From assembly GCA_021802125.1 (NCBI GenBank), contig JAKAAX010000007.1, positions 8,983-72,982 of the forward strand: a stretch of 64,000 nucleotides of DNA, given 5' to 3'. How positions within the stretch are numbered: the stretch's first letter is position 1; every line of letters starts with the position of its first letter. The notes beneath the pieces were generated by a model. The model did not search any database and was not told where the DNA came from. It saw only the letters and a program-made list of their open reading frames with translations. The position numbers were made by a program, and so were the translations under genes. The stretch comes from Thermoplasmata archaeon. GTDB taxonomy: Archaea; Thermoplasmatota; Thermoplasmata; Lutacidiplasmatales; UBA184. Positions 12,001 through 17,176 of this stretch are shown in pieces.

Positions 12001-12767
12001 GCCGAGTAGATCCCCCAGCCCGTGGCTGAGACGTCGGAGGAGAAGGCGACGTAGATGTTCCCCGAGGTGTCCTCGGTGATGCTCGGGCCCTGATAGGGCG
12101 CGTTGACCGGCCCACCGCTCGCTTGGCCCGAGACCCCGATGTCGGTGCCCGCGCTATAACCGGTGGATGGGACACCCGGCCCCGCCACGCCACCGCTTCC
12201 TTGGGGAGAGGCGAGGGGTGCGGCCAGCGGGTTGGGGAGAACGGAGTTGAGGGGGGAAGGTGCGGAGGAGCCGGGGGTGGCGGCCACAGGGGCGAGACCC
12301 TTGGAGGCGGTCGAAGGGTCAGGTGCGGGGATCGCGGGAGTGAGCGAGGCGACCGCGGGCGACGAGCTGGTGGGGCCCGACCCCGCCGGCAGGTTCACGC
12401 TGGAGGAGGTCCCTGGCAACCATGGAGCGAGGGCCTGCTCGACCGCAGCCCGCTCGGCCGGGGAGACCGTGGACGGGCCCTGAGCGCCCGTCGTGGACGA
12501 CGGGGCGGTGGGCCCGGATGCTCCAAGCCCGGAGGGGGCCTGGAACGCAGCTCCGTTGGGGGGGGTAGCCGGCGAAAGGTGGAGGGGGCTCGTCGTGGGG
12601 TTGGTTGGGGCGGCCGAGCCCGAGAATGGGACCACGAGGCCCAGGCTCGAGCCCAGGACCAGCGAGACCAGGACGACCAGTAGGGGGACTCCTGTCCGGG
12701 AGATGGCGGCGCGGCCCCCGCGCGCTCCAGCTCCCGACCGAGAGTCTGCAACCCCACGCCGACCCAT
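1..12767 (-). CDS. Giant secreted repeat surface protein/adhesin, at least 4255 aa, 3' end outside window
   Basis: ATG at 12767 gives MGRRGVADSRSGAGARGGRAAISRTGVPLLVVLVSLVLGSSLGLVVPFSGSAA (signal peptide). The same frame reads repeat-like at the left edge (TTSTHVGWTVVLTATSSGGT). The long plus-strand shadow ORFs (45, 3396, 5271, 6315, 11319, 12123) all share the register expected from one continuous minus frame. Confidence 0.9.
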   Translation of the reverse strand, partial: MGRRGVADSRSGAGARGGRAAISRTGVPLLVVLVSLVLGSSLGLVVPFSGSAAPTNPTTSPLHLSPATPPNGAAFQAPSGLGASGPTAPSSTTGAQGPSTVSPAERAAVEQALAPWLPGTSSSVNLPAGSGPTSSSPAVASLTPAIPAPDPSTASKGLAPVAATPGSSAPSPLNSVLPNPLAAPLASPQGSGGVAGPGVPSTGYSAGTDIGVSGQASGGPVNAPYQGPSITEDTSGNIYVAFSSDVSATGWGIYSAKSLNGGTSFTVQYIAAAYTGTYCTTGGGSGTCELVSPTIVATPTASDVCIVYLAISSVTTVNYGDYYHTCATNYGGSATTGSWSAATGDTAYGTMCSVGTLWAGFGANFGIVAPVAAFDNAGNLLVGAWGDYPSSTCANFGFMFDVWTSGTTFKATYGYTLTQVGGCATANCYYVGAESLECSLAVASCAVSLGVSDATPANWYQDVIVSTTDFSAITYGPMVVATHAFSTTYNSVPIEAVEGDIAYAPSGTNVALTYILDTTTTPTSFDIQYAYSTNDFASAPTTGPSPDGSVTGAGLSAITVEGAGAAPFVAWQNPSALLVVTAATTPGGAWGTIQTAALGGYEPGMATYLPASAVPPWRDDIVYTTTQTTAQSEYIGLDGPYLTAAATTPTLIDVGEQTSLSATANAGIAAYSYSWAGLPAGCASSNADPLTCAPSSSGTGTFSAIVLTLTDGWGFTAKVTMPTLTVDSALVAGAITPASPTIDNGQTITLVSAASGGTAVYTYQWYTGSACNTAIASATASTYAANPTATTTYSYKVTDTSLGSPNYKCSAGDTVTVNSALAAGAVSPSSATIDSGQSILLTSTSPSGGTPTYTYAWRSGTSSTCASDTAVAGQTTSTYTPAPTVTTDYCVQYGDASAGTPTAVAYSNVVTVTVNSALVAGTVTPSSATIDYGQTITLSSTAPSGGTPTYTYAWRSGASATCTGDTAVSGQTSSTYAVSPTVSTYYCVQYGDSSSGTPAAVAYSNVVLVTVNPTLVAGSVTPASPAIDTGQSITLTSAAPTGGTPSYTYAWRSGTSSTCASDALVSGQTTTTYTISPTAATDYCVQYGDSSVGTPTAVVYSNVVLVTVNSALVAGTVTPSSATIDSGQSILLTSAAPTGGTPSYNYQWRSGASATCTSDTAVSGSTASTYTPSPTTTTYYCVQYGDASLGTPTAVAYSNVVQVTVNTVLVAGAVTPSSAAIDNGQSISLSSSAPTGGTPSYTYAWRAGTSTTCASDAVVSGQTSTSYLPAPTANTYYCVQYGDASQGTPAAVVYSNVVLVTVNPALVAGSVTPASPTIDTGQLIALTSSAPTGGTLSYTYQWRSGTSATCTVDTAVSGQTTSTYSPSPTVATYYCVQFGDSSVGTPTAVAYSNVVLVTVNSALAAGTVTPSSATIDSGQTITLSSTAPSGGTSTYTYAWRSGTSATCTSDTVVSGQTSATYLVSPTASTYYCAQYGDSSVGTPPAVAYSNVVLVTVNPALVAGTVSPASASIDTGQMIALSSTSPSGGTPTYTYAWRAGASATCSSDTAVSGQTTSVYSPSPTSTTYYCVQYGDASQGTPVAVAYSNVVLVTVNAALVAGAVTPSSAAIDTGQTVTLTSSAPTGGTLAYSYEWRSGASTTCSSDTVVAGQTTSTYAPSPTVATDYCVQYGDSSVGTPAAIAYSNVVSVTVNSALVAGTVTPSSATIDTGQSIALTSSAPTGGTPSYTYAWRAGTSTTCTNDAVVSGQTTSTYSPSPTVAADYCVQYGDSSVGTPAAVVYSNVVSVTVNPALVPGSVSPSTVTIDSGQSLVLTANPSGGTTPYTYQWYSSSSSSGSCTAGTAAGTSSSLTVSPTATIYYCYHVGDSSVGSPAAGGASAWQLVTVNGALVAGVVSPSSATIDTGQTITLSSSAPTSGTPTYTYTWRAGTSTTCSSDTLVPSATTTTYSPSPTATTDYCVQYGDSSVGAPAAVAYSNVVLVTVNSALAAGSVTPASPTIDTGQSVVLSSSAPTGGTPTYTYQWRSGTSTTCTSDAVVTGQTSSTYSPAPTGNTYYCVQYGDASAGTPAAVAYSTAVLVTVNPALNPGSVGPAAATIDSGQSITLSANPSGGTVPYAYQWYSSSSNSGTCTLGTVGATTATITVSPTANTYYCYHVGDSSVGTPAASQVSAWSLVTVNPALNVGTVSPSAPSIDSGQSITLTANPSGGTAPYSYQWYSSSSNTGLCAAGTAGPTTATFAVTPAAATYYCYHLTDSSSGTPAASLSSAWDLVTVNVPLVAGTVSPGAPTLDNGQSITLSSAPSGGTPAYHYQWYSASAGTGICTAGTSGPATATFVVSPTANTYYCYHLTDSSSGTPAAGTSSTWALVTVNPALAPGSATPAAPAIDNGQSISLTANPSGGSPTYTYHWYSSASNGGSCSAGTPGGTTATVSVSPTSTLYYCYVVGDSSQGTPAASAVSGWDLVTVNPALVPGAVSPTTPIIDNGQQITLTANPSSGTAAYTYQWYSSSVNTGLCTSGSVAGTSATYLPAPSSNTYYCYVVGDSSVGTPAASAMTSWDLVTVNPALVPGSATPNSPIINAGQAVTLTANPSGGTTAYTYQWYSSPLNTGTCASGTAGPTTSTYTSYPSANTYYCYAVRDASQGSPAALGYSTWDLVTVNGPLVGGSVSPANPFIDAGQSISLGANPSGGTAPYTYIWYSSTSSSGACTAGTPGGTGSPTTVTPTANMYYCYQVTDNTGAIQTSAWDLVTVNAALAAGAVSPATPKIDAGQSITLTANPSAGTSPYTYQWYSSASSSGACSTGTPGGTSSTFATTPAANAYYCYVVGDSSQGTPAASASSGWDLVTVNGALVAGPVSPSAPSIDVGQSLTLTANPSSGTSPYSYQWFTGTACGTSVSGATFATLSVSPGSTTSYSYRVTDSAYSPVSKCSVVDTVTVNVALAAGAVSPSAPVIDSGQSITLASNPSGGTPAYTYLWYSSTTGSGACSSGTSVGGTATVAPSPTSNIYYCYVVGDSAQGSPAASSSTAWSLVTVDPALAAGAVSPPAPAIDSGQSITLTSAPSGGTAPYSVQWYFSTSNSGACSSGTAGPSSTTYAISPTATTYYCYVASDSSQGTPAAISSSAWDLVTVHPKLVAGSATPATPVIDVGQTITLTANPSAGTPAYTYQWYSSSSNTGTCASGTPGPTTSTDGASPASNTYYCYVVGDSSVGSPAASASSSWTLVTVDPALVAGSATPNSPTINSGQSVTLTANPSGGTPAYTYQWYYSLLNTGTCASGTAGATTASYTSSPTVNTYYCYAVGDASQGTPAALGYSAWDLVTVNEPLVGGLVSPASPAIDLGQSISLGANPSGGTAPYTYSWFSSSSNTGICTAGTAGATGSPTTVKPSASTYYCYQVRDNTGATQSSAWDLVTVNPALVAGSATPATPVIDVGQTITLTANPSAGTPAYTYQWYSSSSSSGACSTGTAGGTGATFAPTPAANTYYCYVVGDSSQGTPVASASSGWVLVTVNAALVAGAVTPTAPAIDVGQSLTLTANPSSGTAPYTDHWYSSSTGTGACSSGTAGPSTSTFAASPASSTYYCYVVGDSSVGSPAASASSTWDLLTVDPALTAGGATPSAPVIDAGQSISLTASPTGGTSPYAEQWYSSTSGTGSCWSGTAAGTSATISSSPAASTYYCYVATDASLGTPATNASSPWNLVTVDPALVAGAVTPTLPTIDSGQSVTLTASASGGTPAYTYQWFASSSSSGACSSGTLSGSSLTVTVTPSASTYYCYVAGDASVGTPAAAAPSGWDLVTVNPLPTLTLTRGTPQVDVGETANVTGTVAGGTPGFTCTYYVNGVQQAGSNCLGTAYAATSALTLTINATIVDSLGGRSSSAPVTIVVSIDPTASVSPTTSNIDAGQSATLTPTITGGSSPDTCQWYQNGSAIAGATSCTGYRFVPARGGTYQVGFSATDGATGPLTAWSNATVVALPALVASASPLAVILDMGMSQPFTVTAAGGIAPYTYQWYLNLTPIAGATSASYTFVPTGPGSDRLTVRVADSHSGILWVNVSATVYPSISVAISPSAPSSVAPGASLPFTATSYGGAPPATYLWFVNGAVQSGATGSSFSFSSSTPGTYTVNVTVMDALGHVARSASVPVVVAAPLSASLALSQATVDLGMSAWFNVSVSGGLSPYTLAWTLNGATWTAPGASALSYPFDATSAGTYAVQVTVTDSLSGRSTTAVETLTVNAPPSVALAANTTSTHVGWTVVLTATSSGG
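1395..10590 (-). repeat. About 32 tandem coding repeats of 276-291 bp (about 92-97 aa Ig/PKD-like modules)
   Basis: Recurring cagtagta (YYC) anchors spaced mostly 288 or 291 bp. Unit consensus is approximately VTVNxALxAGxxTPxxxTIDxGQSxxLxxxPSGGTxPYTYQWxxxxxxxC...YYCxxxD. Confidence 0.9.
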
Positions 12768-12929
12768 GACTTAGCAGCACAGTCTATAGTGTGCATGAGT
12801 ATATCGGCCGTTCGTTGCCCCGTCGGGGGTCGGAACGATAAGGAACCTGGGGCCAGGGACCCCCCGGACCCCCGTAGCGAAGTTCACGACTTACTCTCTA
12901 AATAGCCCGCACCGCCCTTACCGGTTACT

Positions 12930-13304
12930 ATGTCCGGGTCGCTCATCCAGCTCGGTTCTGACATGCCTCCCCCCGCGGAGGTCCACCTCACGGTCACCCC
13001 CACCGCCCGGGAGCAGCTCCTGAAGCTCAGGAGTCAAGCCCACGCGGAGGGGAAGGGGCTTCGGCTCTTCGTCCAGGGCGGGGGCTGCTCGGGCCTGACC
13101 TACGGGATGCAGTTCGACGACGCCTCGGAAGGCGACCAGGTGCTCGAGGTGGGCGAGGGGCTCAAGGTCCTCGTCGACCAGGCGAGCGCCCCGGTGCTGA
13201 ACGGGATCACCGTGGACTTCCTGCTGTCGCTCGAGGCCTCCGGGTTCAAGATCAAGAACCCGAACGCCAAGAGCACCTGCTCCTGCGGCAAGAGCTTCGC
13301 CTAG
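12930..13304 (+). CDS. A-type Fe-S cluster carrier (HesB/IscA/SufA family)
   Basis: GLRLFVQGGGCSGLTYGM and C-terminal NPNAKSTCSCGKSF; TAAATA about 25 nt upstream. Confidence 0.93.
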   Translation: MSGSLIQLGSDMPPPAEVHLTVTPTAREQLLKLRSQAHAEGKGLRLFVQGGGCSGLTYGMQFDDASEGDQVLEVGEGLKVLVDQASAPVLNGITVDFLLSLEASGFKIKNPNAKSTCSCGKSFA

Positions 13305-13322
13305 GTAGCCTCCCGGGCACGC

Positions 13323-13811
13323 ATGGCCGGAGGCCCCCGCCCCGCACCCCTGCACGGGAGGGTGGTCCAGGTCAACGTCTCCCCCCAGGGAGGCCTGCCC
13401 AAGCTTCCCGTCCCCGGCCCGGTCTGGGTCCGTCGTCAGGGTGTGGAGGGCGATCGCAACCGGTACCGTACGGAGAAGCTCGGGGGCGACCCCGACTCGG
13501 CCGTCCTCCTGCTCCCCCTGTCCACCATCTCCGCCCACGCTTCCGCGGGATTCCCGGTCCGACCCGGGTCCATGGGAGAGAACCTCACCATCGAGGGCGT
13601 GTCCGAGGAGCAGTTCCGCCCCGGACAGCGCTGGAGGATGGGGGGCGCCCTCCTGCAGATCTCGCGAGCGTGCACGCCCTGTAACGAGCTCGACGCGTAC
13701 GGGACGGACCTGCGGAAGCGGGCCCTCGGCCTACGAGGATGGTACGCTCGGGTCCTTGAGGAGGGGCCCGTCCAAGCCGGGGATGAGGCCGTGCTAACGG
13801 CTGACGTGTAG
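13323..13811 (+). CDS. MOSC domain protein
   Basis: GLPKLPV, GVEGD, PGSMGENLT, CTPC and RGWYARVLEEG motifs. Confidence 0.88.
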   Translation: MAGGPRPAPLHGRVVQVNVSPQGGLPKLPVPGPVWVRRQGVEGDRNRYRTEKLGGDPDSAVLLLPLSTISAHASAGFPVRPGSMGENLTIEGVSEEQFRPGQRWRMGGALLQISRACTPCNELDAYGTDLRKRALGLRGWYARVLEEGPVQAGDEAVLTADV

Positions 13812-13830
13812 CTCTCTGGACAACTTGGTG

Positions 13831-13838
13831 TTTAAATA
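13831..13838 (+). promoter_or_regulatory. TATA box of second HesB-like gene
   Basis: TTTAAATA about 30 nt upstream of ATG 13869 in a GC-rich background. Confidence 0.7.
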
Positions 13839-13868
13839 CCGCGGTGTGGTGATTTTCCCCGAGCGACC

Positions 13869-14339
13869 ATGGTATCCCGTCTCGAGTCCGCAAAGGTCGA
13901 ACCCCAGCCCGCAGCGAGCGCCTTCGGACTGGAGGTCTCGTCGCCCGCCGTCGACCAGATCAAGGGCCTGCTGAAGGTCCAGAAGCCGGGCATGGCCGTC
14001 CGGGTCTTCGTCCAGATGGGCGGAGGCGGCGGTGGCTGCTGCGGCGGCGGATCCGGTCCCGCCTTCGGGATGGCCTTCGACAAGCCGAAGAACGGCGACG
14101 AGGTCGTGAAGGTCGACGGGGTCAACTTCATCGTGGACCCCTACAGCGTCGAGTTCCTGAACGGGGCCCATGTGGACTTCGTGCAGGAGAACGGCGAGTC
14201 CGGCTTCAAGATCAGCAACCCCACCCTCCCGATGAGCGAGGGGGGCAGCGGCGGCGGATGCGGCTCCTGCGGCGCCAGCGCCGACAACGGCGGCGGATGT
14301 GGGTGCGGCTCTGGCGGCGGTGGCTGCGGCTGCGGTTGA
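13869..14339 (+). CDS. HesB/IscA-family protein with Gly/Cys-rich insert and tail
   Basis: VRVFVQ...FGMAFD...DGVNFIVDPYS...GFKISNP core, a GGCCGG insert and a CGSC/CGC/CGC tail. Confidence 0.85.
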   Translation: MVSRLESAKVEPQPAASAFGLEVSSPAVDQIKGLLKVQKPGMAVRVFVQMGGGGGGCCGGGSGPAFGMAFDKPKNGDEVVKVDGVNFIVDPYSVEFLNGAHVDFVQENGESGFKISNPTLPMSEGGSGGGCGSCGASADNGGGCGCGSGGGGCGCG

Positions 14340-14377
14340 ACCCACCCGGTACCCTTCGCGCCGCGAACGCGGCGTTC

Positions 14378-15679
14378 TCAACGGGAGAGCGATAGCTCTC
14401 CCCGCCGGCCTCCGGTCTCCCGGGAGGATTGGGGAGCGGGGGCCACGGGCTCCCAGTGGGGTGTCCGCCAGAAGGTCAGGAGGCCGTAGATCGTCGTCAC
14501 GAAGAGCAGCGAGCTCGCCAGCGGCGCCATGAGGAGCAGGCGGAGCGATCGCTGCCGCGCACAGCGGTAGGAAGCGTAGAGGAAGGCCGCGCCACCGGTA
14601 GCCTCGGCGACGAGCGGGAGGCCACCGACCAGCAGCAAGAGGAGGTGGCCAGAGGAGAACGCGTGGGTCCCGTTCGAGAGGAGGTAGTCGAGGAGCGGGG
14701 GCAGCAACCCCGTGGGCCCTCGACGCAGCGCCAACGGGAGCCGGGTCAAGAGCATGGCCAGCGTGAGGAGCGGGAGCAGGTAGGTCCCGAACAGCTCAAT
14801 CCGGTAGAAGCGCTCCTCCCGGCGCCCCGACCTCTCCCCCGTGAGCTCCTTTCCCAAGCGGATCCACGCGGAGCGCGCCCACCGCACGTTCCGTCGGACG
14901 AGGCCGCGAAAGCTCGAGGGAGCGGGTGATCGTGCGGGAACGTCGTAGGCCTTCACCGCGCGCCAGCCCTCCTCGACCAGATGGCCGGTGAGCAACCAGT
15001 CATCGCCGATGGGGGAGCTCCGCCCCAGCACCTGGAGGTCCAGGAAAGCCGGGGAGAGGACGAAGGACCGGATCGCCTCGGTCCGGTACATGGTGCAGGC
15101 GCCGTCCAGCAGCAGGACGCTCCCGCGCGACGACGTGGCCCGGAGCACCACCTCCCGGCTCCGCTCGACGAACTCGGAGCACGAGGAGACGAGCCCGACC
15201 TCCTGGGGGACCTCGAGGTTGGCGGAGACGCCCCCCACTCCCTCCGAGAAGTGGGAGCGGAGGCTTCCGACGGCCCCCGGCGGCAGCACAGTGTCGCTGT
15301 CGAGCAGCAGGACGAACGGGGTCCGGACCTCCTGGAGGCCCGCCGCGATGGCCGCCTTCTTCCCGGACCGCACGGGCAGGGCGACCAGGCGAGCGCCGTG
15401 CTCGGCGGCGATCGAGGCGCTACCGGCATCCGGCCCGTCGGTCACGACGATCAGGGACGCGCCGGAGCGGTCGATCGAGCTCAGGCAGGCCCGGAAGCGC
15501 TCCGGGTCCTGGAAGAGGACCGGCACGACGACCGTCACTCCCTCCGCCCCTGCGGGGGAGGCTCGGGGCGCGTGAGGTCTCGCGCGCGAGAACCGGGCGT
15601 TGGTCCAAAGGTAGATCGCGGTCAGGACCCCGGAAAGAGAGGACAGGAGAAAGAGGAGCAGCGGCCAGGAGGGTGGCAT
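14378..15679 (-). CDS. Processive GT2 glycosyltransferase (hyaluronan synthase/NodC-like)
   Basis: VVVPV, TDG, GKKAA, DSD, GAC, GDD and RNVRW motifs; N- and C-terminal transmembrane helices. Confidence 0.82.
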   Translation of the reverse strand: MPPSWPLLLFLLSSLSGVLTAIYLWTNARFSRARPHAPRASPAGAEGVTVVVPVLFQDPERFRACLSSIDRSGASLIVVTDGPDAGSASIAAEHGARLVALPVRSGKKAAIAAGLQEVRTPFVLLLDSDTVLPPGAVGSLRSHFSEGVGGVSANLEVPQEVGLVSSCSEFVERSREVVLRATSSRGSVLLLDGACTMYRTEAIRSFVLSPAFLDLQVLGRSSPIGDDWLLTGHLVEEGWRAVKAYDVPARSPAPSSFRGLVRRNVRWARSAWIRLGKELTGERSGRREERFYRIELFGTYLLPLLTLAMLLTRLPLALRRGPTGLLPPLLDYLLSNGTHAFSSGHLLLLLVGGLPLVAEATGGAAFLYASYRCARQRSLRLLLMAPLASSLLFVTTIYGLLTFWRTPHWEPVAPAPQSSRETGGRRGELSLSR

Positions 15680-15853
15680 CGAGGCCTCCCCCCACGGACC
15701 GGGAGTTCAGCGGATGAGCTTTGGTCCAATGTCGGTGGGGGCCCGAAGGCGCGCCCGAGGTCCGGGTCGCTCACGCGACTTCAGTGCAACCCTTTTTCAT
15801 CTCCTCGGAAATGCCCCACTCTCTCGGACGGAGCTTCCGGAGCGGACGAACTC

Positions 15854-16879
15854 ATGGCGAAGGCCTCTCACAAGTCGAAGAAGGCGGCTAGACCTACCCC
15901 CAAGAAGGCCCCACCCCCCAAGCGAGCATCGCCCCCGAAGCGGGTCCCTCCCCCCAAGAAGAAGGCCGCGCCGCCCAAGCCGGCCCCGGCGAAGCCCTCA
16001 CGACCGGCCCGGCGCCCCTCCAGTCCTGCCGCCGACATGAAGGCCCGTGAGGAGGCCATCCTCGAGAAGGGCAAGGAGCTCGTGACCGCCTACCGCGAGC
16101 TCGCCGACCACCAGCAGGAGTTCGAGTCCCGTCTCCGTCAGCTCGAGACGAAGGAGCACCAGATCGCTTCCCGGGAGTCCAGTTTCTCAACGCTTCAGAA
16201 GAAGCTCGCCGACGCCGGCGTGGTGGAAGCCACGGCCGAGGAGATCGGACGCGCCCGCGACCGCCTGAAGGGCCTCGAGGAGAAGCTCAAGGGCATGCGC
16301 GCCGACGTCGAGAAGGAGAAGCACGAGATCAAGGAGTGGCGCGAGACGCTCGCCGAGCGGGAGGAGAAGCTCGGTCAGTCGGAGAAGGTCCACCTCTCGA
16401 AGGAGAAGGACCTCCTCGAGGAGGAGGAGGGCGTCAACCAGCGGAGGGCCGCTCTCGCCGAGGAAGAGGCGCGCCTACGCAAGATCAACGACGACGCCGT
16501 GCGTGACCTGCACGACCGGGCCTCCCGGCTGGAGGAGCGCGAACGCGCGCTCACGAGCCTTCAGGAGGAGACCGAGCGTAGGCTCGCCGAGTTCACCCAG
16601 CGCGAGTCCGAGATCGCTCGGATCGAGCAGGAGGCGCGCGACCGCCACGCGGAGGCCGAGGCCGCCCACAAGTCCGTCGAAGAGGGGCGCATGGCCCTCG
16701 ACGAGCGCGAGCGGGCCCTGGCGGAGCACGAGTCCACCCTGCTCGGCCACGCGGAGGCCCTTGAGCCCCACGAGCAGGCGCTGGAAGAGGCCGAGACCCA
16801 GGTCCGCACCCATCGGGAGAAGCTGGCCAAGGCGAGGGACGCCCTCAAGACCCACGTCGCCTCGCACCGCAGTGGGTAA
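15854..16879 (+). CDS. Long coiled-coil protein with Lys/Pro/Ala-rich N-terminal tail
   Basis: MAKASHKSKKAARPTPKKAPPPK... followed by about 280 aa of E/R/K/A/L heptad-like sequence. Confidence 0.8.
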   Translation: MAKASHKSKKAARPTPKKAPPPKRASPPKRVPPPKKKAAPPKPAPAKPSRPARRPSSPAADMKAREEAILEKGKELVTAYRELADHQQEFESRLRQLETKEHQIASRESSFSTLQKKLADAGVVEATAEEIGRARDRLKGLEEKLKGMRADVEKEKHEIKEWRETLAEREEKLGQSEKVHLSKEKDLLEEEEGVNQRRAALAEEEARLRKINDDAVRDLHDRASRLEERERALTSLQEETERRLAEFTQRESEIARIEQEARDRHAEAEAAHKSVEEGRMALDERERALAEHESTLLGHAEALEPHEQALEEAETQVRTHREKLAKARDALKTHVASHRSG

Positions 16880-17176
16880 CGAGAGACGCCCTGCCCAGGA
16901 CCCGGGCCCCGCCCACAGGGCTGTCCCAGGCGCCCCCGAACGGGAGCCGGACGCTTCATCGCGCACCTTCCGGGGGTCCTCGGTCCCGGGCAGATGGCCC
17001 CACCTTTCAGCTCGAGGGAACCCGCGTTCGGGAACGACGTGGAGCGGGACTCTGTACCCGTCGAGCCGAGGGGCGCGCTCGCCGCCCTTCAATAAACCTT
17101 CGCGCGAGGGCCCGCGAAGGGCCGCCGCATCGCTCGACCAACCTCAGAAATAGCCCTCCTGGCTTCCCCTGGCCAG

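Noticed and set aside
45..12683. Long ORFs in the track (45-2795, 1891-4263, 6315-9791 and others)
   Set aside because: Arg/Gly-rich shadow frames of the giant minus-strand gene.
14337..14339. Selenocysteine readthrough at the HesB-like TGA
   Set aside because: The TGA follows a complete CGCG motif, and no SECIS-like support or conserved continuation was seen.
14981..15853. N-terminal extension of the 632-aa ORF
   Set aside because: Antisense to the GT2 gene; the plausible start is 15854.
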